A stretch of DNA of 64,000 bases, taken from NCBI RefSeq assembly GCF_044704955.1, contig NC_091997.1, forward strand, positions 66,092,001 through 66,156,000, written 5' to 3'. The notes beneath the pieces are model-generated. The model was not told where the DNA came from. It did not search any database and saw only the letters and a program-made list of their open reading frames with translations. The DNA is from Pristiophorus japonicus. Lineage: Eukaryota. Shown piece after piece: positions 1-12,540 of this stretch. Both the position numbers and the translations under genes were made by a program. Position 1 is the stretch's first letter. The number at the start of each line of letters is the position of its first letter.

Positions 1-332
1 TTGAGCCGTCCGGTGGTTGTGAAAGGCGCTATATAAATACATGTCTTATAGCAAAGAGGAGCAAGGACTCTGGCAGGTTTTAGCAGCCAACTGCAGTGTC
101 CCAGCTCCCACTCTTGCTGAAATAAGCTGGCTCAGCCTAGTTCAAGGATTGATCTTTGACATTCCTGGGCTAGAAGGGTCATTGTTACATTGGGAAGTGT
201 ATTCAGCCACCGAGCCAGTATCGCAGCCCTCGGGCAGTTGCGGAAATGTCAAATCCCACCGCGGTGAATTGATGAACATTTTCAATATCCTCCAGCACCA
301 ATAAAAAATAAAATATTAAATCCGCTACTTAC

Positions 333-367
333 TGCAGGATGTCTTGCTTTGTTAAAAAGGTCAGTTC
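333..367 (-). CDS. CIB1: Calcium- and integrin-binding protein 1, coding exon 2 (ELTFLTKQDIL); gene continues off the left edge
   Basis: 35-nt exon bounded by ttttgttttag acceptor and GTAAGT donor; translation matches CIB1 DLTFLTKQEIL and continues in phase from the exon at 1311-1361. Confidence 0.9.
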
Positions 368-1310
368 CTAAAACAAAAGGAGAAGGGGAAAAAAAAGTCA
401 CACTTCAGCATTTCTGCCACAGGGATGGACTGCAACAATGGTTAAATCAAAGTGCGCTCAGGCAAGGCGGGTGATTTATGATCCAACCACTGACTAAAGA
501 TGGACGTTCCTGGCCTTTACTGCAATGGGGAGAAAGGCTTGTACGCCTTTCCTGCTTCTTATGATCGCAGTTCAATTAATAGTCAGTTTGGCTCAGTTGA
601 TAGCATTCTCCTCTCTAAAATCAAGCCCCACTCCAAGGCTGACACTACTGTGCTGTAGGAAAGGAGTGCTGCATTGTCAAGAGTTGCCAACTTTCAGACG
701 ACATTAAACCGAGTCAGTTTGTTGAGGTGGATGTGAAAGGTCCCACAGAACTATAAACAAATTAGGGAGTTCTAGTGACCTGCTCAGCATTGCTCTGCTC
801 AACTAGCCCAGTCAAAAATAGATTAACCAATCAATTATCTCATTTGCTAATTGTGAAATCTTCGCTTGAGCAATTGGCTGCTGTATTTACATCAGTGACT
901 TCACTTCAAAAGATGTGATGTGCAGCACTTTGGGATGTCCTGACAGATGCAATAAAATACTATAGAAATGCAAGTTCAATTTATTCATCTTACATGGGGT
1001 TTTTTTGTTGCTCTTAAGAATAATCTTTTCTCTGCTGGTCTCACTGACAACGTGCTCGTTCTCTTGGGCAAGACGGTAGCAATGGAAACCAACAGGTTCT
1101 TGGATTGATGAGACTTTGGTCCCATACTGCAATCAGGACAAGGGTGGCTACTGACTGCCCACCCAGACCAACTTAGCGATTATTGAAAGAGTTGAGAGAA
1201 AATACTTTGGATTTAATTTATTTTTCTAAATACTTGGAATTATAGTTTAATCCAAACTTCTGACTGGGGACAAACTTTCCCAAGTCGTGTTTTTAATGTT
1301 ATTCTCTCAC

Positions 1311-1361
1311 CTGATATTCAGAAAGCTGCTCCTTGGAGAGCTGGCTAGCCGACCCTCCCAT
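1311..1361 (-). CDS. CIB1: CIB1 first coding exon MGGSASQLSKEQLSEYQ (N-myristoylation MG start); whole exon probably 1311-1486 including 125 nt of 5'UTR
   Basis: ACCATGG Kozak context, 51 nt then GTGAG donor; matches CIB1 MGGSGSRLSKELLAEYQ; upstream acceptor ctttttcctttcag at 1487. Confidence 0.92.
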
Positions 1362-2269
1362 GGTCCCAAATCGACCAGGCTGGCTCCAAACGTTAATTTC
1401 TGGTTCCTCTGGGAACACACGCTCTCCGAGGTGCCAGCAGCTCTCTCAACCTTTGCGTAATTAATGTAACTTGATTCAACCAGGACCTGAAAGGAAAAAG
1501 GACAGGTTAACATGTTGTGTGAAGATCTTTCTTCAGAACTGAAAATCAGAAAGATAAATGAGTCCCTTTATGGGGGCAGATAGAGACGACCAAAAACAGG
1601 TTGAAGTAGAACTAGGACACTGCTGACTCTCGTCACAGGTAGGTTTCAAAACCTACACACAACATTTTTGAGAAGCTGAATATCATCTGGGGCAATGAAA
1701 AGGCATTAAACTAACTTAAATTTACTACACACCTTTCACAGAAATTCTCCCCAAATGCTTCACACACAGTTAAATTATGTAGTTACTGTTGCTAATTGGA
1801 CAGATTCCACAAACAGCAAGATGAATAATCAATCAATCTGTTTCTAATAGATTTTAATTGAGAGGAATGTTGGCCGGGACCCTGGGAGACTCCCTGCTCT
1901 TTTTTTGAGTAGCGCCATCAGATATTTAATATTCACCTGCCTTGTTTGAATTTCCCAGCCAAGGGACGAAAGCATCGTCCTAGACTGTGTTTAAGGGTGT
2001 GAAAAGGCAAAAGAACCCCTCCAAAATAGGAGATTAAATAGTGGCAGAAACAGGCATGAAAATGGGGGAGATGGGCACGATCAGAGCACCCAGGACACAG
2101 ATGAGATCATTCTCCTGAACCCTACATTAAGCCCGGTAGTGTAGCCAACAGAGAAATCAGCAGTAATTGGAAGGGAATTTGAAGTGGTGAGCAACAGGGC
2201 AGTTGTGATCAAACTTGGAGATAGAACAGAAGTATTCTCGTGTAACCAAGCCACCTGATTTGCACAATA

Positions 2270-2870
2270 ATAACTTGTATTTATGTAGCTTCTTTAACGT
2301 AAAATGTCCCAAGGTGCTTCACAGGAGTATTATAAGACAAAATAGGCTGATACTGAGCCACATAAGCAGAAATTAGGGTAGGTGACCAAAGGCTTGGCCA
2401 AAGAGGTAGGTTTAAGGAGTGTCTTAAAGGAGGAAAGAGGCGGAGAGGTTTAGGCAGGAAATTTCAGAGCTTATAGAATACTACAGCACAGAAGGAGGCC
2501 ATTCGGCCCTATGCAACACAAAGCACGGCCACCAATGGTGGAGCGATTATAATCAGGGATGCTCAAGTGACCAGAATTAGAGGAGCACAGATATTTCTGC
2601 AGGGAGGTTGTGGGGCTGGAGGAGATTACAGAGATAGGGAGGGGCGAAGCTATGGAGGGATTGGAAAACAAGGATAAGAATTTTAAAATCGAGGCGTTGC
2701 TTAACCGCGGGCCAACGTAGGTCAGCGAGCACATGGGGGTTATGGGTGAGCGGGACTTGGTGCGAGTTAGGACACGGACAGCTGAGTTTTGCACCACCTC
2801 TAGTTTACGTAGGGTAGAATGTGGGGGGCCAGCCAGAGCTGCGTTGCAATAGTCAAGTCTAGAGGTAACA
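2270..2870 (-). mobile_element. L2-like LINE 3' fragment
   Basis: ORF 2471-2938 has VTSRLDYCNAALAG..LRKLEVVQNSAVRVL, typical of the L2 ORF2 C-terminus; related copies at 6290-6870 (+) and 14510-15030 (-). Confidence 0.8.
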
Positions 2871-3279
2871 CTATTGTGCAGGCAGTGGATGGGCGGGACG
2901 GCAAATGTTAGAGGTGGGCAAAGAGAAATGTGGGACAATTCTGCCCCCTCTGGAAATCTTGATACTTCACATTAAAACATTAACTGGAAAAATGAGGGAG
3001 GGGGGGGTGGGGGAGGAGAACTGATGACACAAAGCTTCGACTTCTAACCACTTTACTTTATACACATCATGCATTATAAATCAGATCATGGATGGTTTGG
3101 CATCTTGTTACAAAGAATACAACATAATGGGAGGGTTTCCAATGCTAATTCTTCCCGATAGTGAAACTTAATGCTTGCACTGTGCTGAGGTGGCTGATCG
3201 TAGCTGGAGCAGAGGCTTTGGTGTCTCAATGCCTCCAAGCAAAGTAGAGGGTGGGGAGAACAGTCCAGATTTATGTTCC

Positions 3280-3655
3280 AAAAGTTGTGGGTTCAAGTCC
3301 CACACCAGTGACTTAAGCACAGAAATCTAAGCTGACACTCCAGTGCACTACTGAGGGAGCGCCGCACTGTCGGAGGTGCCGTCTTTTGGATGAGACATTA
3401 AACCGAGGCCCCGCCTGCCCTCTCAGGTGGACTTAAAAGATCCCACGGCACTATTTCGAAGAAGAACAGGGGAGTTATCCCCGGTGTCCTGGACGATATT
3501 TATCCCTCAATTAACAATCATTAAAACAGATGATCTGGTCATTATCACATTGGGAGCTTGCTGTGCGCAAACTGGCTGCCACGTTTCCTATATTACAACA
3601 GTGACCACTTCAAAAGTGCTTCATTGGCTGTGAAGCGCTTTGGGACTTCCTGAGA
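3280..3655 (+). mobile_element. tRNA-derived Deu-domain SINE (SacSINE1/AmnSINE1-like)
   Basis: B-box GGTTCAAGTCC followed by Deu core GAGGTGCCGTCTTTTGGATGAGAC..AAAGATCCCACGGCACT..CCCGGTGTCCTGG; many copies in the window. Confidence 0.8.
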
Positions 3656-4429
3656 ATTGGGTTTAGCTTGATCTAATGAACACCCCCCCCCCCCCCCTCC
3701 CCTCCCTCCTCCTCCCTCCAGGTCAAAACTTCTGTCATCTGAGATAACATAAGAAATAGGAGCAGAAGTCAGCCAGTTGGCCCTTCGAGCCTACTCCGCC
3801 ATTCAATAAGATCATGGCTGATCTGATCTTGGCCTCAGCTCCACTTCCCTGCCCGCTCCCCATAACCCTTTGTTCCCTTATCGTTCAAAAGATCAGCCGT
3901 TTATTGAGTTTCAAACCTTCTTGTTTTCACGACATACTGAGAAGGAAGGCCATTAGGCTACGTGAGCTCATCACAGCATTCAAGATTCTCTTAAATAATT
4001 CATTGGCTTTTGCCTGGACCCCATCTCAAGTGTTGATTATCTCGTGTGTGAGGAACTTCCCCACCAGTCCTAGATTTGTCCTTTAAATCCCTCTGGTTCT
4101 ATCGTCAACCCTCACACTTCGGTGAAAGTGGAGTTGTGGTACTTGGCTCTTGAGGAAATAGTTACGTTGACCTGTCTCTGTATTCTGTGGGTGCTGAACA
4201 ATGTGCTCAACCTTGAATAACTTGCAGAAGCTTTGCAGATAATCAGGCACTCTGAAGAAATAGAAGGTTAACAGCTTTAAAGCAGTAGCAGACATTGAGA
4301 GATGGCGCTACAGGAAACAGCAACTTTCAGCAGCCCCAATCATTTGATTTTTATATTTAGAGAGTGAATGCCTTTAGCTAGAAATTGAGTTTAGGAAATT
4401 AAGCACAGTTTGACAAACACACAGCCAAA

Positions 4430-5190
4430 CCTACATAGGATATACGACACAGAAACAGGCCATTCGGCCCATGCCGGTGTTTATGCTCCACTCGAGCCTC
4501 CACCCGTCTTTCCTCATCTAAATCTATCAGCGTAACCCTCTAATCCCTTCTCCCTCGTATGATTATCTAACCTCCCTTTAAATGCATTGATACCATTTGC
4601 TTCAACCCCTCCTTGTAGCAGCGAGTTCCACATTACTCTCTGGGTAAAGAAGTTTCTCTATTGGATTTCTTGGTGACTATCTCATATTGATGGCCTCTAG
4701 TTAGACTCTTCCCCATAAATGGAAACATTCTCTCTGTATCCACTCTATCAAAACCTTTCATCATTTTAAAGATCACCCCTCAGCCTTTTTTCGAAAGAAA
4801 AGAGACCCAGTCTGCTCATCTTGTCCTGATATGTATACCCTCACATTTCTGGTATCATCCTTGTAAATCTTCTCTGCACCCTCTCCAGTGCCCCATATCC
4901 TGTTTATAAAATGGTGACCAGAACTGAACGCAGTACTCCAAGTCTGGTCTAACCGAGGTTCGATACAGGTTTAGCATAACTTCCCTACTTTTCAATTCTA
5001 TACCTCTAGAAATAAACCCTAGTGCTTGGTTTGCTTTTTTAATGGCCTTGCTAACCTGTGTCGCAACTTTTAGTGATTTGTGTATTTGTACTCCCAGATC
5101 TCTTTGTTCCTCTACCCCACCTAGACTTGCGCCCTTCAAGTAATAAGTGACCCCCCTATTCTCCCCACCAAAATGTAATAACTCATACTT
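4430..5190 (-). mobile_element. CR1 LINE 3' fragment
   Basis: RDLGVQIHKSLK..LEYCVQFWSP motif in ORF 4855-5139. Confidence 0.85.
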
Positions 5191-6289
5191 ATGACGCTCA
5201 GCCCATGGTTTTCTAAATGTCTATAGTTAATGGACAGGCTGAAACTGTTGGATCACTGGAAGATTAGATTGATCACTGGAAGACTGTGGCGAGGTACAAG
5301 AGAGATTTTGTGGATGTTAAACAGCAAGTAACTAACAAGCTGCTATGAGCAAGCGTGTGCCTGGATGTGGTCTGCTCTTGTACTCCCAAACTGAAACTTT
5401 AAGGAATTGTCCAAAGGCAGACAGATCCACGATATTGGGGCAGAACTTCAGCAACACGAGAAAAATAAATGAAAACAGCAACTAGCTCTGAAAGAGGTAA
5501 CAACCCAGCGAAGGGACATGAAATGTGTAGCACAAAGCAGCGCACCTTGTGAAGAAAGCAACAATTTTCCCCAAAGGGAATAAAGTGCCCAGGTGTGTGG
5601 AAACCTCAAGGCAAACGCCAGCGAACTCATTGACCAGGGACCTGGAATTAAAACCAACAGGAAAACTCACCCCGCCAGAAAGCTGAAAATGCTCGGAGAT
5701 CGTAAGAACTGCAGGAATTAAAAGACTTGCTGGAGTCAGAGTCAAGGCCAAGTCCCACACAGCGAAGTGAAATCGATCATACTCGTCTCCGTTCCCCAAA
5801 TACCCGTGCAGGAAACATGATCCCAAATGGTGGATTACGGTCGGCAATCGAACCCAAAACTCTCAAGACCACAGAAAGTTAGTAACATCCGGTGAGCTTC
5901 CCGTCTGCAGAGAAAATTGTCGCTCCCCAGGTCAGGAACAGCGAGAGAAACTCGCCCCTCCCAGAGGGAGGAGTCACCTCGAACAGGAGCGCTTCCCACA
6001 ATGTGTTGTCTTAAAGAGGATTGCACCCAATGCAGTCCAGGAGTAGAATATTTTGACTGACAACAGTCCAATTAGTCACAAATTAACGTGAATGTCCCAC
6101 AACAATGGACAGGAGGGACAGCCTAGGTGAGAATGTGTGTACAGATAGACAGGATTTAACTGCAACCTCTGATACCAAATAAATCCCGACTAATTAATTT
6201 CCAGAAAGTTTTAGATTAACCTGCCAATCCTGCCAAGATAAAATATTTCAAGGAATAAACCTTTGGATGTGATCTCAGTGTGGTGTATT

Positions 6290-6870
6290 AGCATAACTAA
6301 GACCGCCTACTTCCACCTCCATAACATCGCCAATCTCCCCACCCTCTCCGCTCCTGAAGCCTTTGTTACCTCTAGACTTGACTATTCCAACGCACTCCTG
6401 GCTGACCTCCCACATTCTACCCTATGGAAACTAGAGGTGATCCAAAACTTGACTGCCCGTGTCCTAACTCACACATCACCCCCTGCGCTCGCTGACCTAC
6501 ATTGGCTCATGGTTAAGCAATGCCTCAATTTAAAAAGTCTCATCCTTGTTTTCAAATCCCTCCATGGCCTCGTCCCTCCCTATCTCTGTAATCTCCTCCA
6601 GCCTCACATCTCATCCCCCCCCCACACCCGAGATATCTGCGCTCCTCCATCGGTGGCCGTGCCTTCTGTTGCCTGGGCCCCAAGCTCCCTCCCTAAATCT
6701 CTCCGTCTCTCTTTCCTCCAAGATGTTCCTTAAAACCTACCTCTTTGACCAAGCTCTTTGGTCACCTGCGCTAATTTCTCCTTTGTACCTCAGTGTTTAA
6801 TTTTATGTCTTATAATGCACCTGTGAAGCACCTTGGGAGATTAAAGGCGCTATATAAATAAAAGTTGTTG
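6290..6870 (+). mobile_element. L2-like LINE 3' fragment
   Basis: AFVTSRLDYSNALL..LADLHWL..ILVFKSLHGL motifs; tail ending ggcgctatataaat. Confidence 0.8.
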
Positions 6871-7022
6871 TAGTATTTGATTGTGACCTCAAAAATATTT
6901 CTCTGAAGAACTGAGGTCCAATGTTGGTGGCCTTTATTGTGAATTATTGTAGTCATGGTCAGTGCAGCTGAAAATAAAAGCCATTGAGTTGGAGAATGTA
7001 ATACAGGCCAAGAGTAAACACT

Positions 7023-7735
7023 GACAGACTGGGGTCCTAGAGTAATCACCGACAGACTGGGGTCCTTGAGTAATCACCGACAGACTGGGGTCCTAGAGTA
7101 ATCACTGACAGACTGGGGTCCTAGAGTAATCACTGACAGACTGGGGTGCTAGAGTAATCACCAACAGACTGGGGTCCTAGAGTAATCACCGACAGACCGG
7201 GGTCCTAAAGTAATCACTGACAGACTGGGGTGCTAGAGTAATCACCAACATACTGGGGTCCTAGAGTAATCACCGACAGACTGGGGTCCTAGAGTAATCA
7301 CCGACAGACTGGGGTCCTAGAGTAATCACTGAGACTGGGGTCAAAGAGTAATCACTGACAGACTGGGGTCCTAGAGTAATCACCAACAGACTGGGGTCCT
7401 AGAGTAATCACCGACAGACCGGGGTCCTAGAGTAATCACCGACAGACTGGGGTCCTAGAGTAATCACCGACAGACTGGGGTCCTAGAGTAATCACCGACA
7501 GACTGGGGTCCTAGAGTAATCACTGACAGACTGGGGTCCTAGAGTAATCACTGAGACTGGGGTCAAAGAGTAATCACTGACAGACTGGGGTCCTAGAGTG
7601 ATCACCGACAGACTGGGGTCCTAGAGTAATCACTGACAGACTGGGGTCCTAGAGTGATCACTGACAGACTGGGGTCCTAGAGTAATCACCGACAGACTGG
7701 GGTCCTAGAGTAATCACTGACAGACTGGGGTCAAA
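7023..7735. repeat. 28-bp minisatellite, ~25 copies (GACAGACTGGGGTCCTAGAGTAATCACY)
   Basis: Direct tandem repetition with period 28 (e.g. 7023, 7051). Confidence 0.95.
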
Positions 7736-8019
7736 GAAACCACAAGGCACTGTATATAGCTAAAATATGAGTTCAAGAAATATTAGATTCACTCCAGGGC
7801 AAGTGTTAAGTTGATGACAAGACACAAAGTACTCCTAGTTAAATCAAAGGGCAAATCTATTTAAATGAAATTTTATTAAAGGATTCCGCTGGTAAGGAAA
7901 GGTGGATGGTGCCTTTGAATTTAAAGGTGTTTAATAATGAGCACTTATGACTGCCAGGAAACTGATGCATTCTATAACTTGTTCCCCACTTTGACCACAT
8001 ACATTGCCATTATTCCATT

Positions 8020-8525
8020 CTTTCTTGAGTCAGAAAATTGAGAGTTAAAGTCCCACTCTAGAGACTTGAGCACAATAATCTAGGTTGACACTCCCAAAGC
8101 AAGTACTGAGGGAGTGCTGCACTGTCGGAGGGGTAGTCCTGAGGAAGTGCTGCACTGTCAGAGGGGCAGTACTGAGGGAGCGCTGCACTGTCAGAGGTGT
8201 CATCTTTCAGATGAAACGTTAAACCGAGGCCCCGTCTGCTCTCTCAGGTGGACGTAAAAGATCCCACAGCACTATTTCAAAGAAGAGTAGGAGAGTTCTC
8301 CCCGGTGTCCTGGGGCTAATATTTATCCCTCAGTCACCATCACTAAAACAGATTATCTGGTCATTATCACATTGCTGTTTGTGGGAGCTTGCTGTACGCA
8401 AACTGGCTGCCACGTTTCCTACATTCTAACAGTGACTACACTCCAAAAATTACCTTATTGACTGTAAAAGCAGTTTGGGACACCCGGTGGTTGTGAATGG
8501 CACTATATAAATACAAGTCTTTCTT
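8020..8525 (+). mobile_element. Deu-domain SINE with 3 internal copies of the 33-bp unit
   Basis: Same core as other SINE copies; triplicated GTACTGAGGGAGYGCTGCACTGTCRGAGGGG at ~8102-8200. Confidence 0.8.
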
Positions 8526-8539
8526 TCTTGGGATAAGCT

Positions 8540-9110
8540 GCTTACATTTCAACAACTTCATTAATCCTGATGTTCCTCTCCAGTCTCAATCCCCACCCCT
8601 TGTCACATTGGCTTCCCCATTGTTTTTTCTCTGCAAGAACATTGCTGCTGTTTTGCTTCATGTGAGGATTCTCCTTTCGGTATAGCCTTCGCTTGTTCCA
8701 GATCTCACACCAATGGTCCAACAATGTAGATCTCTCTCTCTTGTACTAGTCCTGCAGCCATGGCTTGCCCTTCATAATTTTGCTCTCCATCCTCCATCCT
8801 TTCTGTAGCACAGGATCAATCTAGAGATTACCATCCTAGTGGCCGTGTTTCTCAATCTACTGTCTAACTCCTTACATTTCTTTTGGAAGACCACAAATAG
8901 ACTTCTAACTATATCATTGGTTCCAACATGGGCAGTAACCAGTAGCTGCTCTCTCTCCCATCTGAGGTTTTTCTGCCTGTTCTGTAATGTCCTTCACCCT
9001 GGTAGCACTGAGGAAACAGATTATTCAGAACTCTCAGTGACAACTGCATATTCTTCTGGCTATGAATTTCCCACTGCTACCACTCTCGTATTCCTATAAT
9101 CCATCTCCCT
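8540..9110 (-). mobile_element. Decayed CR1 ORF1 esterase (SGNH-like) region
   Basis: Minus-strand remnants AHVGTNDI and LDHWCEIWNKRRLYRKENPHMKQNSSNVLA, broken by stops and frameshifts. Confidence 0.65.
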
Positions 9111-10464
9111 CTCACCACAACCTCCCTTCCCAACCCATATATTGCACTCCGCATACATCAAGAGGGACCCCTGCACTTCCAACACTTATAACTGATTGAA
9201 ATTGTAGATAGTCTTAGCCTGAGCTCTTAGCACCGAACTCTCACCAGAATCAAACTCTGCTTCGAAACTCACTTCAAACCACCATTAATTATAGAAAATA
9301 AATCTCACCATTTCTAAGCCAGTAGCTTCCGCCCAAATGTCCCTTCAGTGCTGATTTCTGAATTTGACAAAATACTTCCTCCTTTAAATGTCATACTTTG
9401 CCCTTTCACCATGAATAGCACATGAGTAACGTTTTATTATTGGTGGGTCGGAGAAGACAATCCAGTCATGAACTGTCGAGGGCATGTGAAGGAACAAAGA
9501 GAGTATGGATCTGCCCTTACCATCTGCTTTGTGGCTCATTATAAAGAAAGAAAGATTTGCATTTATATAGCGCCTTTCACAACAACCGGACGTCTCAAAA
9601 CGCTTTACAGCCAATGAAGTACTTTTGGAGTGTAGTCACTGTTGCAATGTAGGAAACATTATTATGCAAATTATAGCTGAACGATTGAATGCTCGGGGAA
9701 GATCCCAGCAGTCATCCACTCTTAGCTCTTATCAAACTCCTCTCACCTACGAATGGGATGCAAGACTGCTGGGAATGAGGCCAATAAAACTTTACTAAAC
9801 TATAATTAACCATACTCGAGTCTAAAGTCTACATCAGTATTTCATCAGGACCTTCCTGGATGAACGGTTAATCAGAACAAAAGAACAGAATGGGGAAAAC
9901 AGACAATTTGGCTTTGTACCTGCGTGTTTTCGTCTCAATAATGTTCCTGAAGAAATGCTAATTCTCGGTCTGTTTAAATCACTGAGGCCTGAAACATTCA
10001 GGGTATGTTATATTAGAATGTGACACATCAGTGTGACCTTGGGACTGTCACTTATGGTAACGGATTTCCTGATTTGCATTGTCTACATACACTGTGGTTA
10101 AAATTCCCCCACTGCTCTTGCTCACGGTGGCATATTTTATGGGGCATACAAAACCAGGTTCAAAGTGTGAATAGTTTGCTGCTCTCAATTGGGGCCCCGA
10201 TGCCCCAGGGAAAAGACTTGCATTTATATAGCGCCTTTCATGACCTCAGGGCGGCTGGGGGTAAGAGATCAGCCAGGTTTCATGGTCTTTGCCACAAATC
10301 AGTAACTTCACAGAGAGGAAAAATACATTTTAAAAAACTTGATGAACCATTAGGTTTAAAACTCACTGTCTGTTCACAGTTCAAACTGACAGCAAAGGCT
10401 TTGCATTTCCCCTGGTTTAGTAGGTGTGGGAGTGAGGCATAACTGCTAGCAAGGTTAGAAAGAA

Positions 10465-10978
10465 AGGCTTGCGTTTGTTTATAGAGCACCTTTCACAGCC
10501 TCAGGATGACCCAAAGTGCTTTACAGCCAATGAAGTATTTTTGGAAGTGTAGTCACTGTTGTAATGTGGGAAACGCGGCAGACAAATTGCGCACAGCAAG
10601 CTCCCACAAACAGCAATGTGATAATGACCAGATAATCTATTTCTGTGATGTTGATTGAGGGATAAATATTGGTCCCAGGACACTGGGGAGAACTCCGCAG
10701 GATCCTTTACGCCCACCTGAGGGGGCAGACGGGCCTCGGTTTAACATCTCATCCGAAAGATGGTACCTCCGACAGTGCAGCACTCCCCCAGTACTGCCCC
10801 TCCGACAGTGCAGCGCTCCCTCAGCACTGCCCCTCCGACAGTGCAGCACTCCCTCAGTACTGCCCCTCCGACAGTGCGGCGCTCCCTCAGCACTGCCCCT
10901 CCGACAGTGCCGCCCTCCCTCAGCACTGCCCCTCTGATAGTGCCGCCCTCCCTCAGCACTGGCCCTCCGACAGTGCAA
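10465..10978 (-). mobile_element. Headless Deu-domain SINE whose 5' part is ~6 tandem 33-bp units (10788-10978)
   Basis: Reverse complement of SINE core and tail; tandem CCCTCCGACAGTGCRGCRCTCCCTCAGYACTGC. Confidence 0.85.
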
Positions 10979-11439
10979 TGCCCACATCCCATGAACGAAT
11001 TAAAAGATATATATGAATTAGGAGGAGTCGGCCATTCGGCCCCTCGAGCCTGCTCTGCCATTCAAGAAGATCATGGCTGATCTTCGACCTCAAATCCACT
11101 TTCCCGCCGGATCCCCATATCCCTCGATTCCAAAAATCTATCGATCTCAGTTTTGAATATATTCAACGATTCAGCATTCACAGCCCTCTGGGTGATGAAA
11201 TTCTTCCTCATCTCGGTCTTAAATGGCCGACCTCATATCCTGAGACTGTGACCCCTGGTTCTAGACTCCCCAGCCCGGGGGAAACATCTCTCTGTATCTA
11301 CCCTGTCAATCCCCCTCAGAATCTGGTATGTTTCTATAAGATCACCTCCAGAGAATATAGGCTCAGTCTACTCAATAAGTTTAATGAGGTGCTGATTTTA
11401 GTGGATTCTGAGCAGACGGATCTGTGGTTTAAAAGCTGC

Positions 11440-11870
11440 AGCAGCGGGAGATTGGGAGGCAGAGACCCGGGAGGTGGGGGTGGGGGAGAGGGAAGGGAGC
11501 TGGGAACAGGCATTGTAAAAGAGGCAGTATTGTGATATATTCCCCCCGGAGCTGCTGTTGCGGCTCTCTCCTCGCCTCCCCCCCGGGGCCAAGTTGTCTC
11601 TGTGTCCCCCAGGGTGACTCCGCTGGTTTGGGCCGCTCGGGCGGACAGGAGCCCGGGGTCGGTGCTGAGAGCCGCAGCTCGGGGCCGGGCGGGCCAGGGA
11701 GCGAGAACAGGAGTTAGACAGGAGGGGGAATTTTTTAAAAAAGTATTTGAAGTTCGACATTTAAAGTTTGAAAAGTTCCAAAAACTCCACTGACCTGCGT
11801 ACAACGCACCCGGAAGCCGGGAAGAGATTCTGCGAAGTGGCTCCGGAGCCGCCTGCTGGCCGCAGAGACA
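11440..11870 (-). promoter_or_regulatory. CpG-rich promoter with short non-coding first exon (~11795-11826), probably for CIB1
   Basis: Unique GC/CpG-rich segment; ETS-type CCGGAAG; minus strand reads CTCTTCCCGGCTTCCGGGTGCGTTGTACGCAG|GTCAGT (donor); the CIB1 ATG exon has an acceptor and needs an upstream exon. Confidence 0.6.
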
Positions 11871-12540
11871 CTGTCGGAGGGGCAGTACTGAGGGAGCGCC
11901 GCACTGTCGGAGGGGCAGTACTGAAGGAGCGCCGCACTGTCGGAGGGGCAGTACTGAGGGAGCGCCGCACTGTCGGAGGGGCAGTGCTGAGGGAGCGCCG
12001 CACTGTCAGAGGGGCAGTACTGAGGGAGCGCCGCACTGTCGGAGGGGCAGTACTGAGGGAGCGCCGCACTGTCGGAGGGGCAGTACTGAGGGAGCGCCGC
12101 ACTGTCGGAGGGGCAGTACTGAGGGAGCGCCGCACTGTCGGAGGGGCAGTACTGAGGGAGTGCCGCACTGTCGGAGGGGGCAGTACTGAGGGAGCGCCGC
12201 ACTGTCGGAGGGGCAGTACTGAGGGAGTGCCGCACTGTCGGAGGGGCATTGCTGAGGGAGTGCCGCACTGTCGGAGGGGGCAGTACTGAGGGAGCGCCGC
12301 ACTGTCGGAGGGGCAGTACTGGGGAGTGCCGCACTGTCGGAGGGGCATTGCTGAGGGAGTGCCACACTGTCAGAGGGGGCAGTACTGAGGGAGCACCGCA
12401 CTGTCGGAGGGTCAGTGCTGAGGGACGCCGCACTGTCGGAGGGGCAGTACTGAGGGAGCACCGCACTGTCGGAGGGGCAGTGCTGAGGGAGCACCGCACT
12501 GTCGGAGGGGCAGTGCTGAGGGAGTGCCGCACTGTCGGAG
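11868..12540 (+). repeat. ~20 copies of SINE-derived 33-bp unit (CTGTCGGAGGGGCAGTACTGAGGGAGCGCCGCA), continuing into the SINE body to ~13105
   Basis: Period 33 (11871, 11904); followed by Deu core, which is interrupted by an RTE-like fragment at ~12751-13000. Confidence 0.92.

Noticed and set aside
4083-4295. 70-aa minus-strand ORF with an acceptor-like site
   Set aside because: No recognisable homology and not in frame with any identified gene.
9800-10200. Possible snoRNA boxes (TGATGA, CTGA) on the minus strand
   Set aside because: No convincing terminal stem, box spacing or rRNA antisense element by eye.
11868-12540. Resemblance of the 33-mer to split REST/RE1 half-sites
   Set aside because: Both half-sites mismatch the consensus; too weak without binding data.
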